A DNA stretch of 56,284 bases. Source: an uncultured Eubacteriales bacterium (GTDB lineage: Bacteria; Bacillota; Clostridia; Christensenellales; RUG350). The notes below the pieces were generated by a model, which saw only the letters and a program-made list of their open reading frames with translations, was not told the DNA's origin and did not search any database. The position numbers and the translations under genes were made by a program. Where the stretch lies: the NCBI GenBank assembly GCA_900315995.1, contig ONBF01000004.1:1-56284 (forward strand), given 5' to 3'. Positions 39,288 to 49,770 of this stretch are shown here, one piece after another (position 1 is the first letter of the stretch; every line of letters starts with the position of its first letter).

Positions 39288-41013
39288 TTTGTTGCGCCCC
39301 CTTCATTTGAGAATTATAAACTTCTTGATATATCGTATTGCTTTTCAAAAGCTCTTGCGGCGTGTCGAACGCGTCAATACGTCCTTCGTCCATTACGATA
39401 ACTCTGTCCGCCGAGCCTACCGACGCTATACGCTGAGCGACTATTATTACCGTTATGCCTTTAATCTTTTTAAGCGACTCTCTTATCGACTTGTCCGTTG
39501 ATGTGTCAACCGCACTCGTGCTGTCGTCGAGAATAAGTATTTTCGGTTTTTTGAGAAGCGCGCGCGCAATACAAAGTCTTTGCTTCTGCCCACCCGATAC
39601 GTTTACTCCCCCTTGTCCGAGCTCGGTGTCGTACCCATCGGGAAAACTCATTATAAAATCGTGCGCGCAAGCCGCCTTAGTCGCTTCGACTATCTCTTCG
39701 TCGGTTGCGTTTTCGTTACCCCATTTTAAGTTATCCTTTATCGTCCCCGAGAAAAGTACGTTCTTTTGAAGCACCATAGACACGGCGTTCCTTAAATTTT
39801 TAATCTTGTATTCTTTGACGTTGTGACCGCCTACCTTAACCGAACCCGTGTCCACGTCGTACAGTCTCGGAATCATTTGAATGAGCGTTGTTTTTGCCGA
39901 ACCCGTAGCGCCTATGATACCGATCGTCTCTCCGCTTTCGATATGCAAGTTGATATTGTTCAACACGTTTTTATCACTGTCGCCCGAATAACTGAAATTG
40001 ACGTCGCTGAAATCTATACTGCCGTCCGATACAATGAGATTTTCGTCCGCAGTATCATCCTTTATATCAATATCTTCGTCAAGCACTTCTTTAATTCGTG
40101 TAAGAGACGCGCGCGAAATTACCACGATTACGAGTATCATACCCATCATCATAAGTGACATAAGTATCTGCGTCGTATATGTTAAATAACTTGTAAGCGA
40201 TACGACGTCAAACCCGGAATCGTCAAAAGTCATCATACCGCCGAATCCGATAACCGCCATAACGCAAGCAAACATTATCATCATCATAATAGGCGTAATG
40301 AATATGAGTATACGCTCCGCTTTGACGTGCGCGTCACGCGCTCTTTCGCTGATTGCAACGAACTTTTCGGTTTCGTAATCTTCTCTGACAAAAGCTTTGA
40401 CGGCGCGTATACCTATTAAGTTTTCTTGTTCTACCGCGTTCATATCGTCGAATACTTTAAGTAACGTCTTGAATCTTTTATGCGCGCGTGAAATAATCAG
40501 TATAAGCGTACCTGCGAGCAACGGAAGCGCAACGACGAATATAAGCGCAAGTTTAACGTTAGTCGCAAAAGCGAACGTCGTAGCCATAATTATCATAATC
40601 GGTGCGCGAACGAACCCTCGTATAAGCATCATAAACGCCATTTGTACGTTTTCCACGTCGGTGGTAAGTCGTGTAATCAAACTCGACGTCGAAAATTTAT
40701 CGGTATTCTTAAACGAAAAATTTTGAATTTTTAAGAAAAGTTTTTTTCTTAAATTGGCGGCGAAACCCGCGCTTGCCTTTGCTGCGGTTACGCCCGATAA
40801 TATACCGCAAATTAAAGATAAAATTGCAAATAATACCATCAGACCGCCGATTGATAACAGTGCCGTCATATCTTCCGCATTGAGCGCGTCGCTTATGTAA
40901 TTCATCATAAACGGAATAAGAACTTCGAATAACACTTCAAAGATAATTCCTATCGGCGCGATAATTGCGTATTTCTTATACTTCCCTATACATGATGTAA
41001 AAAGTTTAATCAT
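39280..41013 (-). CDS. ABC exporter, fused permease/ATPase (heterodimer partner 1)
   Basis: Walker A GATGSAKTT, signature VSGGQKQR, Walker B LILDDSTS. 8-nt overlap with the downstream partner. Start is ATG 41013 or GTG 41055. Confidence 0.88.
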   Translation of the reverse strand: MIKLFTSCIGKYKKYAIIAPIGIIFEVLFEVLIPFMMNYISDALNAEDMTALLSIGGLMVLFAILSLICGILSGVTAAKASAGFAANLRKKLFLKIQNFSFKNTDKFSTSSLITRLTTDVENVQMAFMMLIRGFVRAPIMIIMATTFAFATNVKLALIFVVALPLLAGTLILIISRAHKRFKTLLKVFDDMNAVEQENLIGIRAVKAFVREDYETEKFVAISERARDAHVKAERILIFITPIMMMIMFACVMAVIGFGGMMTFDDSGFDVVSLTSYLTYTTQILMSLMMMGMILVIVVISRASLTRIKEVLDEDIDIKDDTADENLIVSDGSIDFSDVNFSYSGDSDKNVLNNINLHIESGETIGIIGATGSAKTTLIQMIPRLYDVDTGSVKVGGHNVKEYKIKNLRNAVSMVLQKNVLFSGTIKDNLKWGNENATDEEIVEATKAACAHDFIMSFPDGYDTELGQGGVNVSGGQKQRLCIARALLKKPKILILDDSTSAVDTSTDKSIRESLKKIKGITVIIVAQRIASVGSADRVIVMDEGRIDAFDTPQELLKSNTIYQEVYNSQMKGAQQNG

Positions 41014-41205
41014 ATTTTCTCTCTTTTTATAAATTGACTTTTTATTTAATAACACATATTAAAATTTTTAGCAATTCATTTTACTTAATATTTTCAAAAA
41101 CCCGAAATTTTTTTCTCGACGAATTCTAATTTCGACAAAATGCTTGATTTTTTAATGAATTATTCTATAATATAGTTATTATATTGTATAAATGCGAGTA
41201 GTTCT

Positions 41206-42339
41206 ATGATTCAAGTTATTAAAGTCAATTCAAAATCAAAAATGCGGGAATTTGTTAATTTTCCGCTTAAACTTTATAAAGGCAATCCATATTACTGTCC
41301 GCCTTTTTACAGCGACGAACTCGCACTTTACGATCCAAAAAAGAAATCGCCGTATGCGGAATATTCAGATTCGGTATTTTTTCTCGCATATAAAGACTAC
41401 GAACTTGCGGGACGTCTTGGCGTTATTATAAACCATGCGTATAATCGTAAAACAAACGAGCTTGCCGCACGCTTCACAAGATTTGAGTGTATTCAAGACT
41501 TTGACGTTGCCGAAGCGTTGTTTGAAGCTGCCGAAAAATTCGTAAGATACAATAATCTGACGAGAATATACGGTCCTCTCGGGTATACGGATCTCGACCG
41601 AGAAGGTCTTTTGGTCGAAGGTTTCGACTGTTGTTCGTGTTACGGAAGCTCGTACAATCCGGATTATTATCAAACTTTTATCGAACGTCTCGGATATAAA
41701 AAACACGCCGATTGGATAGAGCGTCGTATCAAAGTCCCTACCGTACCCCCCGAAAAATCTACGCGGTTTGCGGATATTATAAGTGAGAAATATCATTTGA
41801 CTGACATAATCACCAACGAAACGAAGATAAAACCGATTATCAAAAAGTACGGTAAAGAAATTTTTGAACTCATTGACGTTGCATATTCGGATCTCGAAGG
41901 GACGATTCCGATTACGGATAAAGTACGCGATGCAACGATTAAACAACTCGGTCTTCTTTTTAAGCCGCGCTACATAAGCATTATTAAAGACGATACGGAT
42001 AAAATCGTCGGATTCGGCGTCGCTCTCCCTTGTATGTGGCACGCTATGAATAAGTGTAAAGGAAAACTGTTTCCTTTCGGCTTTATAAAAATACTTCGCG
42101 CGCTTAAACACTTCAACGAAGTCGAACTCGCGCTTATCGCCGTTGCGCCAAAATATAAAGACAAAGGACTTATCGCGCTTATTATGCACAGACTGACATG
42201 CAACGCAATCGAAGACGGTATAAAATACGCCGAAACTAACGGAACGCTCGAAACCAATCTTCCAATTAACAATATGCTTGAAAAGTACGAACACATAAAA
42301 CACAAACGTAAACGTTGTTATTATAAAGATTTAGTATAA
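41206..42339 (+). CDS. Uncharacterised ~377-aa protein, possibly GNAT-like acyltransferase fold
   Basis: Clean ORF. The N-terminal pattern REFVNFPLKLYKGNPYYCPPF...GRLGVII resembles a widespread family usually annotated as N-acetyltransferase or hypothetical. The assignment is tentative. Confidence 0.45.
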   Translation: MIQVIKVNSKSKMREFVNFPLKLYKGNPYYCPPFYSDELALYDPKKKSPYAEYSDSVFFLAYKDYELAGRLGVIINHAYNRKTNELAARFTRFECIQDFDVAEALFEAAEKFVRYNNLTRIYGPLGYTDLDREGLLVEGFDCCSCYGSSYNPDYYQTFIERLGYKKHADWIERRIKVPTVPPEKSTRFADIISEKYHLTDIITNETKIKPIIKKYGKEIFELIDVAYSDLEGTIPITDKVRDATIKQLGLLFKPRYISIIKDDTDKIVGFGVALPCMWHAMNKCKGKLFPFGFIKILRALKHFNEVELALIAVAPKYKDKGLIALIMHRLTCNAIEDGIKYAETNGTLETNLPINNMLEKYEHIKHKRKRCYYKDLV

Positions 42340-42445
42340 AACTTTATATCATTAAGTTCGTTTCAACGCGCACGAAAAGGCAAAATAAAATCTTACTAAA
42401 ATATTGAGTAACAATCCACTCTATAATATTATAGTTTCTTTATTT

Positions 42446-43552
42446 TCACCCTTGTACTCTTACCGGTAAAATTAGATATAAATAGTTTTCGTTTTCTATC
42501 GGCGTTATTACGCAAGGCGTTTTACTGTTGTTGAAACTGAGTTTAATATATTCGTCTTCTATCGCTCCCATACAGTCGGTTAAATATTTTACGTTAAACG
42601 CTATTTGTAATTCTTGTCCCGTAAACTTAACGGGTAACTTTTCGTCTATATTACCTTCTTCGGAATCTGACAGTACGGTTAAAACTTTTTCTTTTATATC
42701 GAGTTTAATAAGATTGTTTTTACCTATTCTCGAAATAACCGACGCACGTTCCAGACACTCGTTAAACTGTTCTTTTCCGATTATTACTTCCGTTAAGAAA
42801 GATACGGGAATAATGTTTTTGTACGCTATATATTCGCCGTCTATAAGCTGTGTCGTTATTCTTGTATTTTTTATTTCCGTCATTATGAAATTATTTTGAA
42901 TATATACCGTAACGAGTTCGTTATCTTCGTCGAGTATTTTCTTTATTTCATTAAGACTGCGGGAAGGAATAATAAGTTTTTTGTTATCTATATTATTACA
43001 TTCAAGCGATTTGACAGACATTGCAAGACGATAACCGTCAAGCGCGACAACTGTCAATGCGTTATCGTTAAGTTCAAACAAACAACCTTTCAAAATCATT
43101 CTCGAATCGTCCTGAGCAACCGAAAAAGCAGTTTTTACAATCAAATCTTTAAGATCCTTTTGAAATAAACTGAAAGACAACGTATTATCAACAACTCTCG
43201 TTGCGGGATACTCTTCTTTCGGCAGACACGCAAATTCACATTTACTGTCGCCGTATTTTACTTTCAGTCGATCTGTCGCCGTTGCGTCGAGTTCAACTTG
43301 TTCGTTGGAAAGTTTTTTGATAAAATCGGTAAATATTTTACCGGCAACGACTGCTTCGCCTTCTATTTTGATATTCGCTTTTATTTTCTTTTCTATCGTA
43401 AGTTCGAGATCCGTCGCGGTTATTTTCAATTCGTCACCGTAAGCTTCGAGTTTAATACCTTCAAGAATAGAAATGTTTTTTCTTTGAGGTAAAGCCGCAA
43501 TTACCGTAAATACTGCGTCCGATAAATCTGTTCCTGAACAAAAAAGTTTCAT
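42446..43552 (-). CDS. dnaN: DNA polymerase III beta sliding clamp
   Basis: 368 aa. MKLFCSGTDLSDAV...LEGIKLEA...ATDLE pattern. SD gggaaggggg before ATG 43552. Immediately downstream of dnaA. Confidence 0.92.
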   Translation of the reverse strand: MKLFCSGTDLSDAVFTVIAALPQRKNISILEGIKLEAYGDELKITATDLELTIEKKIKANIKIEGEAVVAGKIFTDFIKKLSNEQVELDATATDRLKVKYGDSKCEFACLPKEEYPATRVVDNTLSFSLFQKDLKDLIVKTAFSVAQDDSRMILKGCLFELNDNALTVVALDGYRLAMSVKSLECNNIDNKKLIIPSRSLNEIKKILDEDNELVTVYIQNNFIMTEIKNTRITTQLIDGEYIAYKNIIPVSFLTEVIIGKEQFNECLERASVISRIGKNNLIKLDIKEKVLTVLSDSEEGNIDEKLPVKFTGQELQIAFNVKYLTDCMGAIEDEYIKLSFNNSKTPCVITPIENENYLYLILPVRVQG

Positions 43553-43597
43553 TTTGCCCCCTTCCCTTAACTTTAATTTTTTTATTAGGAATAACAA

Positions 43598-43749
43598 TAT
43601 TAATAAGTATTGTGGATAATGTTAATAAGTCAAAATAACACATTATATTGTTACAGACATAAAACATTATACTATATATTGTTATTTTTATTAACATTAA
43701 AATGTGAATAAACTGTTATTTTATTGTTAATAATCAAAAGTTATCCACA
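43598..43749. other. Candidate oriC segment (dnaA-dnaN intergenic) with DnaA boxes and an AT-rich unwinding region
   Basis: Perfect boxes TGTGGATAA (43611-43619) and TTATCCACA (43741-43749). One-mismatch box TGTGAATAA (43703-43711). The interval is very AT-rich by eye. Confidence 0.75.
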
Positions 43750-45117
43750 TCAGTTTTTAACAATCATTTTATATAGATCGGATACTTCTCTTTTTACGAT
43801 GTTATTCGTATCTATAAGATTTGATATTTTGTCTTTTGCGTAAAGTATCGTAGTATGATCTTTTCCGCCGAAGTATCCGCCTATCGTGTTAAGCGGTAAA
43901 CCTAAAATTTCGTATATCAAATACATACATATTTGTCTCGGTTCGACTATCTCTTTATTTTTCTTTTTACCGCACAAATCACTCTTTAAGATATTAAAAT
44001 AACTGCAAGTAACGTCTATTATGTAATTTGCGTCCACAACGTTGCTTTTATTGTCAACGTAATCTTTTAACGCGTCGTACGCAACGTCTAATGAAGTAGC
44101 GGGTTTTCCTATTAAGTTAGCGTAAAAAATAACTTTGGTTAAAAGACCTTCCATTTCTCTTATATTGCTTTCTACTTTTTCCGCGATAAACCTTAATACT
44201 TCGGGACTTACCTGCGCCGCATGATCTACTATTGCTTTCTTTTGAAGAATAGCGACTCTCGTTTCGAGATCGGGCGGCACTATGTTTGCAATAAGTCCCC
44301 ACTCAAAACGCGTACGCAATCTCTCTTCGAGCGGAGAAATTTCTTTTGGTGGTCTGTCCGATGTTAAGATAATTTGTTTACCGTTTTGAAATAAATCGTT
44401 GAAAATATGAAAAAGTACTTCCTGAGTTCCCGTACGACCTGCCAAAAACTGTATATCGTCTATCATAAGAATATCGACGTTACGGTATTTTTCTCTGAAA
44501 TTTGTATTAACGTCTTTATCCTTATTGCCTTTAACCATAGAATCGACAAGTTCATTGGTAAGATTATTTGACGGGGTGTAAAGTATTTTTAAGTCCGATT
44601 TATGTTGTTTGATATAATTGCCTATTGCGTGCATTAAGTGAGTTTTACCGAGTCCGACTCCGCCGTATATAAGTAAAGGATTATGTTTTGTACCCGGATT
44701 TTCCGCAACTGCTTGTGCTGCGGCAAACGCAAATTTATTTGACGAGCCGACAACGAAATTATCAAACGTATATTTAGCGGTAAAAGCGGGAGCTTTGAGT
44801 TTATTTTCAAGATAAAGTTTTTCGTCGGCGATATTTTCGTCTTGAAGTTTAATATATTTTTCTTTTTCGCTTTCCTCAATAATAAGTGCGTGAGATAATA
44901 ACGAATTTGACTCTTTGACAGCGGTATCGATAAGAGTTTGATAATTTTTATTAACCATTTTTTTGGCGGACTGTGATGCCGCCAAGAGTACGAGCGCGCC
45001 GTCTTTCGTAACGCAAACGGGTTCAAGATTTTTAATCCAAACCTCGTAACTTACCGTTATCATTTGTGCCGAAAGCTTATCCGATACGTCCGACCAGAGT
45101 TTATCTATATCAAGCAT
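43750..45117 (-). CDS. dnaA: Chromosomal replication initiator protein DnaA
   Basis: Walker A GGVGLGKTHL, IDDIQF, and a C-terminal DNA-binding domain (HTTILYAKDKI). Confidence 0.96.
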   Translation of the reverse strand: MLDIDKLWSDVSDKLSAQMITVSYEVWIKNLEPVCVTKDGALVLLAASQSAKKMVNKNYQTLIDTAVKESNSLLSHALIIEESEKEKYIKLQDENIADEKLYLENKLKAPAFTAKYTFDNFVVGSSNKFAFAAAQAVAENPGTKHNPLLIYGGVGLGKTHLMHAIGNYIKQHKSDLKILYTPSNNLTNELVDSMVKGNKDKDVNTNFREKYRNVDILMIDDIQFLAGRTGTQEVLFHIFNDLFQNGKQIILTSDRPPKEISPLEERLRTRFEWGLIANIVPPDLETRVAILQKKAIVDHAAQVSPEVLRFIAEKVESNIREMEGLLTKVIFYANLIGKPATSLDVAYDALKDYVDNKSNVVDANYIIDVTCSYFNILKSDLCGKKKNKEIVEPRQICMYLIYEILGLPLNTIGGYFGGKDHTTILYAKDKISNLIDTNNIVKREVSDLYKMIVKN

Positions 45118-45249
45118 AGTACACCTTTACAAACTATCGATATTATATCACATATTCAGAATAATTCAAAGTGATTATATAATATAAAAACCGTATAATA
45201 AGAAACAACTTTTATTAACTGAAAATCAAAACGGCGCGCTATATAAAAA

Positions 45250-46713
45250 TTATCTTTTTTTGGATTTACGACTGCCTTTACCGTCAATGCGTACTATTCC
45301 TTTTTTACTCGGATCGTTAATTGGAGTGAGTTTAACGACGTCCGCTTTCTTTACGTTGTACTTTGAGAAAAAGTAAAAGCCGACAGAAAGAGCCGAAAGT
45401 ATTCCGATAATTACTATAAAACCGAGTCCGAGTTGTACCCCTTGATTTTCGAGCGCGGTAGCTTCGTCAAAGCCGATTACGTCCAAAAGAATACCTACTA
45501 TAAGCAACGTTGCCGCATTACATAATTTATTACAAAAAGTCATAAAACCCGCATACGTAGCAGTCTTATCCTGATTTGTTTTTTGTTTTTCGATGTCGGT
45601 CGTATCACCGAGCATTGCCGTAGGCATTGTGTATAAAGCCCCCATACCCAATCCTGCCATTGCAAGCGCGGGAAATATGACGAGCGTCAAGTTTGTAACG
45701 GTTTCTCTGAGTAAAAACACGACGAGAAGATAAATAACGCCGAATCCGACAAAAGCGATACCGAGTAAAACCGCGCCTTTCTTGTCGAATTTACCGATAA
45801 ACCAGATCCAGAACGGTTGTGATGCAATCGTCATTACAAACACTGCCGCCATAAGCAAATACATTTGAGTTGATTGAAGCTTAAAAGTGTACGTGAACAT
45901 ATGGAATCCGGCGGAAGTTAAGAACGCCGCAGACATAAGCGACACGGAATATCCGAGTATTAGGTTTCTGTAAACGGGTTTTTTGAATACGATAAAGAAG
46001 TTTTTGAATATTTCAACGAACGATTGTTTGGGCAGCACCTTGTCTTTATATTGCGCTCTGAGTCTCGGTATATGCGAATATGATCCGAGAAAACACACAA
46101 CGCCGAGTAAAAGCATAACCGAACTCGATATATACGCCATAGCTCGATAACTTTCGGCGGTTTGTCCCGTGCCCGATTGAAGTAACGCCATAATAAGCGT
46201 CGGCAATATACTTCCGATAAGTAAAAATACGGATTTGAGACTTGCTATCGAAGTGCGTTCTTTATAATCTTTACTGAGTTCGAGCGACAGTGCCGAATGA
46301 GGCGTCGCATAGAACGTCGAGAAAAGTTGAAACGCAATAAGACAAACGAGAAAATACAAGAATTTAATGAAATTAGAAGCGTCAAGCGGAACGGACCACA
46401 GTAAAACGTTAACGACGGACAGCCCGAAGATCGCTATAAGCAGAAAACCGTGTCGTCTGCCGAAAAGCAAACTGTTTTTTCTGTCTGATAAATATCCGAC
46501 GATCGGGTCGGTAACTGCGTCCCATACGGTACCGAGCGCAATCGCTATACCCATCAGCGTTCCGGCAACACCGCAAACGGAAGTGCCGAAAAACATAAGA
46601 AACGAAGATACGGTAGACGTTATCATGGAAAATCCGAGATCGCCCGAGGCATACATTACCTTGGACGCGCGGGAAACCATAGGTGCGGTTTTGTATGGTT
46701 TGGAATTTCTCAT
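45250..46713 (-). CDS. MFS transporter (glycoside-pentoside-hexuronide:cation symporter-like)
   Basis: About 12 TM segments. N-terminal YASGDLGFSMI...DAVTDPIVGYLSDR motif typical of GPH family members. Confidence 0.8.
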   Translation of the reverse strand: MRNSKPYKTAPMVSRASKVMYASGDLGFSMITSTVSSFLMFFGTSVCGVAGTLMGIAIALGTVWDAVTDPIVGYLSDRKNSLLFGRRHGFLLIAIFGLSVVNVLLWSVPLDASNFIKFLYFLVCLIAFQLFSTFYATPHSALSLELSKDYKERTSIASLKSVFLLIGSILPTLIMALLQSGTGQTAESYRAMAYISSSVMLLLGVVCFLGSYSHIPRLRAQYKDKVLPKQSFVEIFKNFFIVFKKPVYRNLILGYSVSLMSAAFLTSAGFHMFTYTFKLQSTQMYLLMAAVFVMTIASQPFWIWFIGKFDKKGAVLLGIAFVGFGVIYLLVVFLLRETVTNLTLVIFPALAMAGLGMGALYTMPTAMLGDTTDIEKQKTNQDKTATYAGFMTFCNKLCNAATLLIVGILLDVIGFDEATALENQGVQLGLGFIVIIGILSALSVGFYFFSKYNVKKADVVKLTPINDPSKKGIVRIDGKGSRKSKKR

Positions 46714-47396
46714 AGCTCCGTCTTTATAAGTTTTCCGTCCGACGTCGTAAGCATATATGCCTTTCCGCCCGCGGAAACGCTCTTTATGAATTTTTCGTTT
46801 TCAAAATATATCGCACAGTTGTCTTCGACGGCGTAGGACTTTTCGTAATTAAGAGCGTGATTGTCAAACTCACGTCGCAAATTGTAGTGCGGACAAGCCG
46901 TACCGTCGAAAAGATTAAGTCCGTCCGATATTATATACTCTCCGCCCGTTCCTCTTGATATTTCGTAATCGGTGTAACACTTTCGAAACCAACCGATAAA
47001 GCCCGCGGACAGTCCGCAGAGAATAACTCCCCTTTTGTATGCGGCAATCAATTTCTCGTCCATACCCGTTTCGTGCCAAAGGTCGAGCATATAGCGAGTG
47101 TCGCCGCCACCTACATAGATAATGTCGGCAAGCGCGATTTTTTCGTCGATATGTTCAACAGTCATTTCGTTACGGGTAAGAAGCGCAACGTCCACCTGAC
47201 AACCGAGATTCGAACAATACGTTTTGCGAAAAGTATTGAAGTAAGGCTTGCTGTCGTGGCTTGCGGACGGAAAAAACAACGCATAAGGACGTTCCTTATT
47301 CGATAAAGAACGAATAAACGCGTCAATCGGTAAAGTCGTTTTTTCTTTAAGCGATCCGCCACCGATTCCGATAAATCTTCTTACCACTGACAACAC
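46710..47396 (-). CDS. S51 peptidase (dipeptidase E-like)
   Basis: IYVGGGDT...LCGLSAG (nucleophile Ser context). Start uncertain (GTG 47396 or GTG 47387 with SD gaaggtg). Confidence 0.7.
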   Translation of the reverse strand: MLSVVRRFIGIGGGSLKEKTTLPIDAFIRSLSNKERPYALFFPSASHDSKPYFNTFRKTYCSNLGCQVDVALLTRNEMTVEHIDEKIALADIIYVGGGDTRYMLDLWHETGMDEKLIAAYKRGVILCGLSAGFIGWFRKCYTDYEISRGTGGEYIISDGLNLFDGTACPHYNLRREFDNHALNYEKSYAVEDNCAIYFENEKFIKSVSAGGKAYMLTTSDGKLIKTEL

Positions 47397-47552
47397 CTTC
47401 CGTATATAATTAAATATTATAAACTTATTGAATAATTATTGTCAACATTATGAGTTTTGAATATGTGCGGTTGTAAGCGAATCCGCTTAAATAATTGACT
47501 TATATACAAGTGCTATTATATACTATTAAATACAAAGGGAGGCGATACTGTC

Positions 47553-48329
47553 TTGGAAGAAATATTAACGGTTAATAATCTTGTTAAAAAATATAAGATT
47601 TCTAAGAAACAAAAGAAAATAGAAAAAACAACGGAAAGCATTAAAATTGCTGTCGATGATTTATCTTTTAAGGTTTATAAAGGAGAAATATACGGACTAC
47701 TCGGACCTAACGGTGCGGGTAAAACAACAACGCTCAGGATGTTGGCTACTTTAATTAAACCAAACAGCGGTGACGCAATAGTCGACGGAAAGAACATAGT
47801 AACCGAATCAAACGAGGTTAGGAATAAACTCGGTTTTATGACTAACGAGTTAAAGTTGGAAGATTACTTCACGCCGAATTATTTATTCGATTATTTTTCC
47901 GAATTACATCATATTGATAAGGAAACCGCGACTGAAAGGAAGAAAAGATTGTTCGAAAAGTTCGGAATCGATAAATTTGCCGAAGTAAAAGTCGGAGATT
48001 TATCAACCGGTATGAAGCAAAAGGTTTCATTGGTAATATCTATTGTCCATGATCCGAACATTATAATTTTCGACGAACCGACAAACGGACTTGACGTAAT
48101 AACGGCAAAGACCGTAACGGATTTTTTGGTTGAAATGCGCAACGAGGGAAAAACAGTTTTATTATCCACACACATTTTCTCGTTGGTTGAAAAATTATGC
48201 GATAGAGTAGGTATTATTATTGACGGCAAAATGATATTGGAAGACTCATTGGAAAACTTAAAAAAGGAAAAATCAATCGAAGATGTGTTTTTTGATGTCT
48301 ACCGCAAAATAAAAGGAGATGTGGAATAA
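47553..48329 (+). CDS. ABC transporter ATP-binding protein (NatA-like)
   Basis: Walker A GPNGAGKTT, signature LSTGMKQKV, Walker B IIFDEP. TTG start 10 nt after gggagg. Confidence 0.85.
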   Translation: MEEILTVNNLVKKYKISKKQKKIEKTTESIKIAVDDLSFKVYKGEIYGLLGPNGAGKTTTLRMLATLIKPNSGDAIVDGKNIVTESNEVRNKLGFMTNELKLEDYFTPNYLFDYFSELHHIDKETATERKKRLFEKFGIDKFAEVKVGDLSTGMKQKVSLVISIVHDPNIIIFDEPTNGLDVITAKTVTDFLVEMRNEGKTVLLSTHIFSLVEKLCDRVGIIIDGKMILEDSLENLKKEKSIEDVFFDVYRKIKGDVE

Positions 48330-49533
48330 AATGCATTCGATATTTACGATTTTCAAAAAAGAGCTCAGAAGGAGCTTTACGGATATAAGAGTTCTATGCG
48401 GTATGATTTTACCGGGATTGATTATTTTCATTATGTATACGTTTATAGGTTCCGTCGTCTCAAACGCGGAACAAAAACAAACAAAATATACCGAATTTAT
48501 CGTCAGAGTGGTAAATTGTCCCGAAGACGACGCGTTTGAAAATATTTTTACGATATGCGGATATAAAACGAACGATCTTTATGAAAACGAAACACCCGTA
48601 TCAAAGGAAGCGTTTTTGGAAAAGATTGCCGATAAAGAAGCGGATTTATACGTTTATTATCCTGAAAACTTTATTGAAATGGTTGACGAACATAAAGCTG
48701 ACGGTGAAAAACCTACGCCGAACGTGGAAATATATTATAATTCATCCAAAGAAGAATCGGCTTTTATATTTGAAGTATACAGTACTTATCTGAACAATTA
48801 TGAAGCGACAAAATGCAATATGTTCAATATTAACAATCCCGAATCGGGAACGGATTATAACTTAGTCAAAAAAGACGATATATCGAAGAAACTTTTATCG
48901 ACGATGTTACCGTATCTTTTTATGATAATTATCTTTTCAAGCGCATTATCGTTTTGCGCCGATAGTTTTGCCGGTGAAAAAGAAAGAGGAACAATGGCTA
49001 CGTTATTAATGACGCCGACAAAGAGAAGTCAAATTGCTATCGGAAAGATTTTAGCATTAAGCGTAATGGCACTTGTCAGCGCAACGTCGAGTTTCTTAGG
49101 TATAATGTTAAGTTTACCGAAACTTATGGGATCCGCGTCGGATCAATTCAGTTTTAATGTTTACGGCGTAGGAACTTATATTCTGTTGTTCTTCGTTATG
49201 ATTTCCGTTACGTTATTATTTATTGCGTTATTAGCCGTCATATCGGCGTTTTCCAAATCGGTTAAAGAAGCTTCGAGTATGAGTTTACCTTTAATGATAA
49301 TCGTTGTGTTGATAGGCATATCGGGATTAACGAGTAACGGAGCCGTGTCTTCACCGGCATTATATTTAATTCCGATTTACAATGCCGTGCAAACATTAAT
49401 AGGCTTATTAAGCGGTACTATGAATACGGTATGCTTATTGGTTGAAATATTGTCCAATCTGTTCTATGTATGTATAATCGTCTTCGTATTGACTAAGATG
49501 TTAAACAGTGAAAAGATAATGTTTAAGAAGTGA
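48319..49533 (+). CDS. ABC-2 family permease (NatB-like)
   Basis: N-terminal TM, a ~150-aa extracytoplasmic loop, then five C-terminal TM segments. Start is ATG 48319 or ATG 48331. Confidence 0.75.
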   Translation: MWNKMHSIFTIFKKELRRSFTDIRVLCGMILPGLIIFIMYTFIGSVVSNAEQKQTKYTEFIVRVVNCPEDDAFENIFTICGYKTNDLYENETPVSKEAFLEKIADKEADLYVYYPENFIEMVDEHKADGEKPTPNVEIYYNSSKEESAFIFEVYSTYLNNYEATKCNMFNINNPESGTDYNLVKKDDISKKLLSTMLPYLFMIIIFSSALSFCADSFAGEKERGTMATLLMTPTKRSQIAIGKILALSVMALVSATSSFLGIMLSLPKLMGSASDQFSFNVYGVGTYILLFFVMISVTLLFIALLAVISAFSKSVKEASSMSLPLMIIVVLIGISGLTSNGAVSSPALYLIPIYNAVQTLIGLLSGTMNTVCLLVEILSNLFYVCIIVFVLTKMLNSEKIMFKK

Positions 49534-49556
49534 AAAGATAACAATATAAGAAATAA

Positions 49557-49586
49557 AAAGCGACTCAAAACGAGCCGCTTTTTTCT
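49557..49586 (+). terminator. Rho-independent terminator after the NatAB-like operon
   Basis: gcgactc / gagccgc stem (one mismatch) followed by TTTTTT. Confidence 0.6.
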
Positions 49587-49725
49587 TAATAAAGTATTTT
49601 TTATTACGCCAAGCGACGGCGTCTTTCATTCCTATATATAGTATTAATCAAAGTCATAATCACTCGATTTTTTCGGGTCGGCTATTGCAAATTTTTTGAA
49701 AGAGCGTTTTTCGTAATATTTTTCT

Positions 49726-49754
49726 GTATAAAGATTTTTTCTTTGGCAAAAATT
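49726..49754 (+). promoter_or_regulatory. Candidate forespore sigma-F type promoter of spoIIR
   Basis: GTATA (49726-49730), 14-nt spacer, GGCAAAAATT (49745-49754). Compared by eye with the B. subtilis sigma-F consensus as I recall it (approximate). Confidence 0.35.
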
Positions 49755-49770
49755 TTCCGTGAGGTGAAAT

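Noticed and set aside
45118-45249. Second DnaA-box cluster upstream of dnaA.
   Set aside because: No 9-mer within one mismatch of TTATCCACA was found by eye in this interval.
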